NCBI GenBank assembly: GCA_963750165.1
Contig: CAVVPN010000004.1
Span: 224,001 to 288,000, forward strand
Direction of reading: 5' to 3'
Origin: an uncultured Gemmataceae bacterium
GTDB taxonomy: Bacteria; Planctomycetota; Planctomycetia; Gemmatales; Gemmataceae
DNA: 64,000 bases
Positions 55,120 to 64,000 of this stretch are shown one piece after another. Positions within the stretch are counted from its first letter, which is position 1. Each line of letters begins with the position of its first letter. The notes under the pieces were generated by a model. The model had not been told where the DNA came from. It did not search any database and saw nothing but the letters and a program-made list of their open reading frames with translations. A program made the position numbers and the translations under genes.

Positions 55120-56724
55120 CTATCTCCGCAACGGCGCGTACTTCGCCACCACCGCCACCGCCGTGCGCAGCCCGTCCACCGCGGCGCTGACGATGCCGCC
55201 CGCGTAACCGGCGCCCTCGCCCACCGGATACAGCCCATCCAGCCCCGGCGACTCCCGGCTCTGATCGTCACGCACAATCCGCACCGGTGAACTGCCGCGC
55301 GCCTCTGGCCCCACCAGCGTCGCGTCCGCCAGGAAGCGGCCCTGCCAACGTTTGTCAAGGATCGGCAGCCCGTGGTCGAGCGCCGCGGCGATCAACGGCG
55401 GCACCAGTTCGCGCAGGTCCGCCAGCACCAGGCCACGCGGGTAACTGCTCGGCGGGTTCGTCCGTGTCCGCCGGCCGGCCAAAAAATCCCCGGCGCGCTG
55501 GATCGGACAGCAGTATTCTGCGCCGCTCAGCGCGAACGCCCTGCCCTCGTAAAGTTCCTGCAACCGCACACCCGCCAGCGTGTCGGCGCCGCCGAAGTGC
55601 TCCACCGGCACCGTCACCACCAGGCCGCTGTTGGCGAACGGCGAATCGCGCTTCGACAGGCTCATGCCGTTGGTGCAGAAGCCGCCCACCGCCGACACGC
55701 TCGGAATCACGTGACCGCCGGCGCACATGCAGAACGTGAACAGGTCGTGCCGGCCGTGCGCCACCAGCGTGTAATCCGCGTTGCCGAGCAGCTGCTCGAC
55801 CGGCTGCCGGCCATATTGCACGCGGTTGACGGTTGCCTGCGGCTGCTCGATGCGCACCCCCATCTGGAACGGCTTCGGCACCATCGGCACGCCGCGGCGC
55901 AGCAGCATCGCATAAGTGTCGCGGGCGCTGTGGCCAATCGCCAGCAGCACCACGTCCGCGGGGAGGTAGCCCGACGACGTGAACAACCCGCGCACGCCGC
56001 CGTCGGCCAGGTCGAGGTCCTCGACGCGGCACGAGAAGCGCAGCTCACCGCCCAGCTGCTCAATGCGGCGGCGGATCGCCTTGACCACCGCCGGCAAGCG
56101 ATTGCTGCCCAGGTGCGGCCGGTGCTCGTAAAGGATGGACGGCTTGCCCTTGCACTCGGCGAACAGCTCCAGGACGCGGCGCACCTCTGGCCCGGAGCCG
56201 CGGAAGGTCAGCTTGCCGTCGCTGAAGGTGCCGGCGCCGCCTTCGCCGAAGAGGTAGTTGCTCTCCGGGTTGAACGGGCCGCCGGCGTCGAAGGCGTGAA
56301 CGTCGTGGATGCGGTCGCGCACCGGCCGGCCGCGCTCCAGGATCAGCGGCTGATAGCCCTGCTCCGCGAGGAAGTAACCCGCGATCAGGCCGGCGGGGCC
56401 GGAACCGACGACCACCGGCCGCTGCCGTAGCGGGCGCGTTCCAGGCGGCGGCAGCTGGAACGGCGGCTCCTGGTACTGATCGACGCGCACCGGGGACGGC
56501 CGCCGGGCCAGTGCGACGACACGGGTCTCGTCCTCAGTGGACTGAACCTCGGCGGTGTAGACGAAGTGCAGGTCATCCTTGTCGCGGGCGTCGAGGCTCT
56601 TGCGCAGGATGCGCCAGCTGCGCAGCGCCTCCGGAGCCAGGCCGAGCACGCGCGCCAGGTGGGCAGGCAGGGCGGCCTCGGGCTCGTCCAGGCGCAGGCG
56701 CAGGTTGGAAACGCGGATCGACAT
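55120..56724 (-). CDS. NAD(P)/FAD-dependent oxidoreductase (uncharacterised conserved dehydrogenase family)
   Basis: VVGSGPAGL, FGEGGAGTFSDGKL, GHSARD, FTFCMCAGG, GEGAGYAGGIVSAAVDG; start ATG 56724. Confidence 0.9.
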   Translation of the reverse strand: MSIRVSNLRLRLDEPEAALPAHLARVLGLAPEALRSWRILRKSLDARDKDDLHFVYTAEVQSTEDETRVVALARRPSPVRVDQYQEPPFQLPPPGTRPLRQRPVVVGSGPAGLIAGYFLAEQGYQPLILERGRPVRDRIHDVHAFDAGGPFNPESNYLFGEGGAGTFSDGKLTFRGSGPEVRRVLELFAECKGKPSILYEHRPHLGSNRLPAVVKAIRRRIEQLGGELRFSCRVEDLDLADGGVRGLFTSSGYLPADVVLLAIGHSARDTYAMLLRRGVPMVPKPFQMGVRIEQPQATVNRVQYGRQPVEQLLGNADYTLVAHGRHDLFTFCMCAGGHVIPSVSAVGGFCTNGMSLSKRDSPFANSGLVVTVPVEHFGGADTLAGVRLQELYEGRAFALSGAEYCCPIQRAGDFLAGRRTRTNPPSSYPRGLVLADLRELVPPLIAAALDHGLPILDKRWQGRFLADATLVGPEARGSSPVRIVRDDQSRESPGLDGLYPVGEGAGYAGGIVSAAVDGLRTAVAVVAKYAPLRR

Positions 56725-56740
56725 TATTGCAGATTGCGAC

Positions 56741-56810
56741 TGGGTGTAGCGGAAGTCGCCAGACTTCCGAGCAGCACCAGACGGAAGTCTGGCGACTTCC
56801 GCTACACCCA
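56741..56810. repeat. GTAG-type REP doublet (perfect 29-bp inverted arms)
   Basis: tgggtgtagcggaagtcgccagacttccg ... cggaagtctggcgacttccgctacaccca; each arm is GTAG plus an internal hairpin cggaagtc/gacttccg. Confidence 0.9.
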
Positions 56811-56946
56811 ACTGCGAACCGCTCTAGCCGGATTCCGGGAGCGGGCCACGGTCAAACGGCGGGGCCTGCCCTGCAAAGGGCAGGCCCCGCAACGCCTGAC
56901 GTTGGTATGGTACGCCTCCGGTGAGGTGGGCCAAAGGCGGGGGCGG

Positions 56947-57360
56947 TCAACGGTGGTGGTTGGCGACCAGTTCGGAAATCTTGACCTTGCCGAGTTGCTT
57001 GCGAACCTGCTCGGCGGCCTGGACGCAGATTTGATCGAGCTGGCTGTTCAACGAGTTCTCGGGGTCCTCCGAACTCAACGGGTTGGAGCCGCGGATCGGG
57101 CCGTTCTCGGCGGCCTCAATGACCTCGAGCATGGTAATTTCGTTGGGCTTCTTGGCCAGCCGATAGCCGCCGTTCGGCCCCTTGATCGACAGCAGAATCT
57201 GGTGCGAAACCAGCGGCTTGAGCACCTTCAGCAGAAAGCGCTCCGGGATGTCGCGTTCTTTCGCAATGTTGTGTGAGGCGATCGGCTTATCCATTTGTTT
57301 CTGCGCGGCCATGTACACGACCGCGTGCAGAGCGTAACTGGAAGCACGTGTTAACTTCAT
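56947..57360 (-). CDS. Rrf2 family transcriptional regulator
   Basis: YALHAVVYMA, IPERFLLKVL, KGPNGGYRLAK, ITMLEVIEA; only one Cys. Confidence 0.92.
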   Translation of the reverse strand: MKLTRASSYALHAVVYMAAQKQMDKPIASHNIAKERDIPERFLLKVLKPLVSHQILLSIKGPNGGYRLAKKPNEITMLEVIEAAENGPIRGSNPLSSEDPENSLNSQLDQICVQAAEQVRKQLGKVKISELVANHHR

Positions 57361-57501
57361 CAAACCACTTCGCCGCCGCCGGGATCGCCGGTGGTCGGCG
57401 CTCCTCCCTTCGTAACAAGGACGTTCGCGCCTCGACCGAACGGGTTGGTGTACCCAGGGCGGGGGAAGGACGACCGCGGGAAGCGGCGCACCAGTAACAA
57501 T

Positions 57502-57582
57502 GGAGAACAACTACCTTGGCCGTCCCTCCACCCGGAGGAACGCCCTTTGGTAACTTGAGCGAGATCAATTACCGTGTTCTCC
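57502..57582 (-). ncRNA. Candidate structured 5' leader RNA (three-way junction) upstream of the Rrf2 gene
   Basis: Minus strand: closing stem ggagaaca/tgttctcc encloses hairpins ggtaattga/tcaagttacc and cgttcctcc/ggagggacg; begins just downstream of a predicted promoter. Confidence 0.45.
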
Positions 57583-57593
57583 TTAATATCCTG

Positions 57594-57621
57594 ATTATAA
57601 ATACCACAAGGGCTTTGACAA
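57594..57621 (-). promoter_or_regulatory. Sigma70-type promoter for the Rrf2 gene
   Basis: Minus strand TTGTCA-N16-TATAAT in an AT-rich patch. Confidence 0.65.
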
Positions 57622-58005
57622 TCCAACTTTTCGCAATTCGTCCGGAATCGGGCATTTTTTTTTGGGAAGGCGGTTGCTCGCCGGCAGGAAGGGGAGAGCC
57701 GGGAAGCAAAGGGGGAGCGCAGCACCGTTGCCGCAGCGGCTGCGCACGCCGAAGACGCGCACGGTCCAGTGGTTGGGGCACGAACCGTGTGTGGCTGCGG
57801 ACGGAACATGCAGGCGTTTCGCCCCCGGTACGCGCGTGGTTTTGGCAGCAGCCAGCGAGCGGGGGGCGTCATGGCGCTTTTCCGCGGGGAGTGCCTGGAG
57901 AAAGGCATGGTAACCCGGGATCCGCCTGGGCGGCTTGACCGTGCGGGCTAAAATGACCCAGGTAGCACCTGGACAGTTGCACCGATGGCCAGCCGAGGAA
58001 GACTC

Positions 58006-58377
58006 ATGGCGGTTGTGGAGGCTCCCTCCGGGGACCAGCTGGAAACGTTTACCAATCAGTACCCCGGGCGCGACTACACCATTGAAATCGTCTGCCCGGA
58101 GTTCACCAGTGTCTGCCCCAAGACCGGCCAGCCGGACTTCGGCACCATCACATTCATCTACGCGCCGGCGGCGCTGTGCGTGGAGTTAAAGTCGTTGAAG
58201 CTGTACCTGCAAAGTTTCCGCAACCAGGGCATTTTTTACGAGCACATCGTCAACCGCCTGCTCGACGACTTCGTGCGGGCGTGTCAACCGAAGCGCTGCC
58301 GCGTCGTCGGCGCCTTCACGCCGCGCGGCGGCATCAGCACCACAGTGACATGCGTGTACGAAGCGACCAGTAAATGA
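58006..58377 (+). CDS. queF: NADPH-dependent 7-cyano-7-deazaguanine reductase (QueF type I)
   Basis: EFTSVCPKTGQPDFG, VELKSLKLYL, FTPRGGI. Confidence 0.96.
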   Translation: MAVVEAPSGDQLETFTNQYPGRDYTIEIVCPEFTSVCPKTGQPDFGTITFIYAPAALCVELKSLKLYLQSFRNQGIFYEHIVNRLLDDFVRACQPKRCRVVGAFTPRGGISTTVTCVYEATSK

Positions 58378-58423
58378 GCGGAGCAGGCACAGCAGTGTGC
58401 GGTCGCGCACCGGAACGGCGCGC

Positions 58424-58642
58424 TCAGTTGCCGACAACGATGGCGTTTTCCAGCGGCAGGTCCGGCAGCACTTCGCGGACGCCGTGCTGAGCCAGTTGCT
58501 TGACGTGATAAGAAGCCGCCTGGCCGTGGAGCACCACGCGCTCGGCGCTGACGACGATGGCCAGCCCACGGACGCGGCGCCCCGTGCGAGCCAGGACGCG
58601 GCTTTCCAGTTCCTGACACAGGCGATGAAACGAGGCCGGCAC
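58424..58642 (-). CDS. Small BON-like domain protein
   Basis: RTGRRVRGLAIVV...VVLHGQAASYHVKQLAQH...LENAIVV; start uncertain. Confidence 0.65.
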   Translation of the reverse strand: MPASFHRLCQELESRVLARTGRRVRGLAIVVSAERVVLHGQAASYHVKQLAQHGVREVLPDLPLENAIVVGN

Positions 58643-58849
58643 GGGGCAGTCCTCCGGAATCCTTGCGGGTGGTACTCTCCACTTCCAGGGGCGCTGGGCT
58701 GCCTGGTTTATGAGCAGGCGGTGCAGGTTTTTCGGGTAACTTCTGCTACAATGACCCTGGAAATCGAGGTCGGATGCATCTCTAGCAAATCCTGGGCCAA
58801 CAGGGATGGTCCGGCCGTTTTGTCCCGACTGGTGGCGAGGAACTCGTTC

Positions 58850-60076
58850 ATGCGCAGCCTGACCCGGATGCTGATGGCGCTGGCCGCGGCGCTGGCGCTG
58901 GCCTCGACGGCGCCGGCGGGGGTGTACAGCACCGTGGAGTTCGACCCCATCCCCGGCGCGGACTTCCGTGTCATCCGTGATCGCCTGATCCTCCTGCGCC
59001 AGATGTCCTCCGTATTATCGAAGGAGGAAGCGAAGAAGACGGCCGCGAAGACGGACACGCACAAGCGCTTTGAACTGGTGGCCGACCTGTTCGCCCAGAA
59101 CCCCGCAGTCAAGTTGACCGACGAGGAGCGCCTGAACCTGGGCGCCTACCTGATTCGACTGGGCCGGTACGGGGAAGCCAGCAAGGTGCTGGACATCCGC
59201 AAGTTCAAGGATCGGAGCAATTTCCTGGCCTACTCCAGCCTGGCGACCAACGACTACCTGTGGGGCGTGACCCAGAACATCCCGGACAAGGTCCGCAACG
59301 CCTCGACGAACCTGCAAGAAGCCCTGCGCCTCTGGCCGAAGGACTGGAACAAGCTGCCACCCGAGAAACAGAAGTGGTTCAACGACGTCGGCTGGGGCGA
59401 GCGCGGGTACGAGTGGTATCGGGCCTGCGACGAATACCTGTTGAAGCTGCTCAAACTGCGGCGCCAGCCTGCCAAGGGGGGAGCGCTGGGCGCGGACGTG
59501 GAACCACTATTCACGAAGCCGGACGGCCAACCGGTGCGGTTCAATGACCCCGATGGCAATAACTACAAGGTGGGCGGCCTGGCACCGGCGGAAAAAGCTG
59601 CCCTGCCAGCGCGGGCGCTGGAGGTCGTGGAACAATTACTGCTGTGGATGCCGAATGACGACCGGCTGTTCTGGCTGCTGGGGGAATTGTTCAACGCCAA
59701 GGGGGAAACGGCGTCGGCGCGGGACATTTTCTTGCAACTGGGCCTCAAGCGCAAGCATTACCTGGATGTGCTCAAGTTGTACGGGCCGGAGGCGGTGGCG
59801 GGCAAGAACATCGGCGACAACGAGGGCCATTATCCGACGGTGCTTTACAACCATATCGAAGCGCTGCAGCAGAAGCAATCGCCGCCGGAGTTGGACCGCG
59901 CCGCGGAACCGCCGCCGGTAAAACCGCCCCCGCCGCCAAAGCCCCCGAAGCCCGAGCTTGACGAGCAGCCGCTCGACCTGCGGACGCTGCTGGTGGGCTT
60001 CGGCTTCGGCCTGGTGGTCGCGTTCTTCGGCTACTGGCAGTATCACGAGATTCGCCGGCGGCGGCTGCGCACCTAG
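58850..60076 (+). CDS. Hypothetical exported helical (TPR-like) protein with C-terminal membrane anchor
   Basis: Signal peptide MRSLTRMLMALAAALALASTAPA; LGAYLIRLGR and LFWLLGELFNAKG; Pro-rich linker, TM helix and RRRR tail. Confidence 0.75.
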   Translation: MRSLTRMLMALAAALALASTAPAGVYSTVEFDPIPGADFRVIRDRLILLRQMSSVLSKEEAKKTAAKTDTHKRFELVADLFAQNPAVKLTDEERLNLGAYLIRLGRYGEASKVLDIRKFKDRSNFLAYSSLATNDYLWGVTQNIPDKVRNASTNLQEALRLWPKDWNKLPPEKQKWFNDVGWGERGYEWYRACDEYLLKLLKLRRQPAKGGALGADVEPLFTKPDGQPVRFNDPDGNNYKVGGLAPAEKAALPARALEVVEQLLLWMPNDDRLFWLLGELFNAKGETASARDIFLQLGLKRKHYLDVLKLYGPEAVAGKNIGDNEGHYPTVLYNHIEALQQKQSPPELDRAAEPPPVKPPPPPKPPKPELDEQPLDLRTLLVGFGFGLVVAFFGYWQYHEIRRRRLRT

Positions 60077-60105
60077 TTGCACACCGACGCGCAGGGGGCC
60101 GCCGC

Positions 60106-60534
60106 ATGCTGCTACTCGGCTGGAAGGAGTACGTCGCGCTGCCCGACCTGGGCGTGCCGCGCCTCAAGGCCAAGATCGACACCGGCGCTCGCACATCGGT
60201 ACTGGACGTGCAGAGTTACGACCTGCGTGAGGAGCCAGGCGTCGGCCTGGTCGCGGTGCTGCGGTTGGCGCTGCGCCGGCGGCACCCGGAGCGGCTGACC
60301 GAACTGACGGCGCCGGTGCGGCGCCTGGTCGTGGTGAGCAATTCGGGTGGCGTTCGCGAACAGCGGCCGCTGATCGAGACGACGTTGCGGCTCGGGCCGG
60401 TGTGCAAGCGCATTACGCTGACGGTCACCAATCGGGCGACCATGCGCTTTCGGATGCTGCTGGGCCGCAAGGCGCTCGAAGGCGATTTTCTGGTGGACGT
60501 GGGGCAAAAGTACCTCATGCGCAAACAGCAGTAG
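60106..60534 (+). CDS. RimK-associated retropepsin-like protease (RimB/'ATP-dependent zinc protease' family)
   Basis: GWKEYVALPDLG, KAKIDTGARTS, EQRP, MLLGRKAL; adjacent to rimK. Confidence 0.9.
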   Translation: MLLLGWKEYVALPDLGVPRLKAKIDTGARTSVLDVQSYDLREEPGVGLVAVLRLALRRRHPERLTELTAPVRRLVVVSNSGGVREQRPLIETTLRLGPVCKRITLTVTNRATMRFRMLLGRKALEGDFLVDVGQKYLMRKQQ

Positions 60535-60550
60535 GTCGGCTGCAAACCGA

Positions 60551-60630
60551 CTCCCCTCGCCCCTTCAGGGGGAGAGGGGTGGGAGGCCCCTCACCCCCCA
60601 CCTCTCTCCCCCTGAAGGGGGCGAGGGGAG
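60551..60630. repeat. Palindromic ctcccctcgcccc...ggggcgaggggag repeat doublet
   Basis: Imperfect inverted arms ctcccctcgccccttcagggggagagg / cctctctccccctgaagggggcgaggggag between the protease gene and rimK. Confidence 0.85.
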
Positions 60631-60655
60631 CAAGACTCGGACGGGAGGAGCAGTC

Positions 60656-61546
<891 letters not shown>

Positions 61547-61551
61547 AATTG

Positions 61552-62271
<720 letters not shown>

Positions 62272-62280
62272 GAGAAGTTC

Positions 62281-63350
62281 TCACTTTTCCTGCCCGCGGA
62301 TCTTCTGAATCTCCGCGTCCAGGGCGGCCCGGCCCTCGGGGTGCGCTTGCAGGTACACCTCAAAATCCTGTTGTGCCTGGGCGACACGGCCGCGGTGCAG
62401 CCGGGCCAGGCCGCGCTCCCGGTAGAAGCCCGGCGACGGCGCTTTGCCCTTGAGCGCGCGTGTGTAATCCGCCTCCGCGCCGGCCCAGTCGGCCTGTCCG
62501 GCGCGGGCCTGGGCGCGCAGCGCGTACAGTGACACCGCGGTGTCACTGATCGCCTCGACTTCGGCCGCCGTCGGGTTGCCCAGAACCCGGCGGTCCATGC
62601 GCCGCGCAATGACGCCCTCCAGCCGGGCGTTCAACTCCAGCGCCCGGGAGAAGTCGGCGATGGCCCCGGCGGGGTCGTCCTGGCGGCGCCCAGGCCGCGC
62701 CCGGCCAGGGCGGTGGCTGCGGCCGTCAACACCTTCTGGTCGTCCGGCTCCAGTTTCAGGCTCTCCAGGTAGTCGGCCACCGCCTCGTCCAGCCGGCCGG
62801 CCTGGTTGTGCTCGCGGGCGCGGCGGTCGAAGGCGGCCGCCAAATTTTTGCGGTATTCGGCCTCTTTGGGCACCAGTTCGTGGGCGCGGCGGAAGTCGGC
62901 GATGGCCGCGTCCAGTTCCTGCGGCCGGGGCCGCTTCAGACCACGGGCGTTGTAGCGGCTCGCCGTCAAGGTGCGATACAGCGGGTAATTCGGGTCCAGT
63001 TCCGCGGCGCGGTCGCCATCGGTCAGGGCGCCCTCCTCGTCGCCCAGCTTGAGCCGGGCGTTGGCACGGTCCATGTACGACTCGGCGTGCGTCGGCCACA
63101 GCGCGATCGCCTGGTCGAACGCCTCGACGGCCCCGGCGTAGTCGCCGCGCTGGTAACGCTGCTGCCCCTCCGCGCGGGCCAGGCGGCCGCGGACGAAGCC
63201 GGTCCACCACTCGAAGCCGCCGGCGCCGGCGAGCAGGAGCAGGGACGCGAGCAGCAGAAAACGCCAGCGGTGTTTACGCAGGAATCCATCCTGTCGGTTC
63301 GCTGGGGGGGATGCCCGACCGGGCTCCGCGAGCAGTTTTTCGTTTTCCAT
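62281..63350 (-). CDS. Membrane-anchored tetratricopeptide repeat protein (1-nt frameshift near 62690)
   Basis: N-terminal TM; TPR units (AVEAFDQAIAL, AIADFRRAHEL, AVADYLESLKL) continue in another frame as AIADFSRALEL, AEADYTRAL. Confidence 0.82.
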
Positions 63351-63512
63351 ATATCCCATTGTACCCACAAGGCCGGGAACAACGCAGCGCACATCCGGTG
63401 CTCAAAAAATCGCCTCGACGTTTGCCCCTCGGAGGCCCTTTCGCTGTATAATGGCGGCAAGTCGGTTCTCGGCGTCCATCACCGGTTCGTTCCCTCCGCC
63501 GGAGTCGTTGCC

Positions 63513-64000
63513 GTGGAAAGCAGTCTCACCTTCGGTCGCTTCGTGCGAAACCTGCTCTTGCTGGCCGGGCTGGGCTTTTTGGTCGTCGTGTTCTCCGGGC
63601 CGGTGCTGGCCGTGGCTGGCATGGTGCTGTCGTTCGCGCTGATTGGCTTTTTGTTGTGGTTGCCGATGCACACGCTGGTGTTCGGCCGCCGGGCGCCGCT
63701 GCGGCAGACGCTCGACCGCAGCCGGGAACTGTCGGCGCAGGCGCTGGCCGGCGTGGGTGCGGGCTGCCGCCAGGTCGGCCGGGTGCGGCGACATCTCGGT
63801 GCGCAGCTGCGGGCTGGGGTGGTCGCCGTATCGCCGCTACTGCTCGAGGTGGGCTGCGGTGCCGTCCTCGGCGTCCTGCTCGTGTGGGCGTACGGCGGGG
63901 CGAAGGCCGAGCCGGAGACGTTCACCGCGGGCGCCCTGGCCGGGGCCGTGGTTGGCGCTCTGATCGTGGTGCGTGCGCCGGTCGCCGGCCGTGGAAGAAA
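63513..64000 (+). CDS. Hypothetical integral membrane protein (3' truncated, absent from the ORF track)
   Basis: ggag RBS plus GTG; open to the window end: VESSLTFGRFVRNLLLLAGLGFLVVVFSGPVLAVAGMVLSFALIGFLLWLP...; about 4 hydrophobic segments. Confidence 0.7.
   Translation, partial: MESSLTFGRFVRNLLLLAGLGFLVVVFSGPVLAVAGMVLSFALIGFLLWLPMHTLVFGRRAPLRQTLDRSRELSAQALAGVGAGCRQVGRVRRHLGAQLRAGVVAVSPLLLEVGCGAVLGVLLVWAYGGAKAEPETFTAGALAGAVVGALIVVRAPVAGRGR

Noticed and set aside
57930..58005. preQ1 riboswitch upstream of queF
   Set aside because: Only a small ccaggt/acctgg hairpin; lacks the preQ1-I loop consensus and A-rich 3' tail.

Overview
High-GC bacterial chromosome segment, very probably Planctomycetota (Gemmataceae-like). 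The evidence is an LEPR-type extracellular leader, two planctomycete-type ECF sigma/Ser-Thr kinase pairs, a TIGR03067-like protein and HEAT/TPR proteins. The left half (about 0.6-35.5 kb) is a surface-protein locus. An ECF sigma -> WD40 kinase -> PEP-CTERM operon on the minus strand is divergent from a single ~29.5 kb gene (~9,830 aa once one frameshift is repaired). That gene encodes near-identical 237-aa repeats, ~15 CARDB-like modules, Ig/YD/dockerin modules, beta-propellers, a subtilisin and a C-terminal HExxH motif. A 40-bp sequence (38/40 identical) occurs in inverted orientation on both sides of the ECF gene, one copy pointing into the kinase and one into the giant gene. It is either a shared ECF promoter or the ends of an invertible ECF cassette. 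The right half holds a second ECF/kinase pair divergent from a secreted vWA protein, plus housekeeping genes (aat, mog, queF, rimK, Rrf2, NYN, Fe-ADH, ABC ATPase). Its intergenic spaces carry at least six unrelated families of small palindromic or dispersed repeats and a candidate structured 5' leader RNA upstream of the Rrf2 gene. About eight small frameshifts are most likely long-read indel errors. No rRNA, tRNA, CRISPR array, transposase or integrase was recognised. All domain calls are by eye, without database searches.
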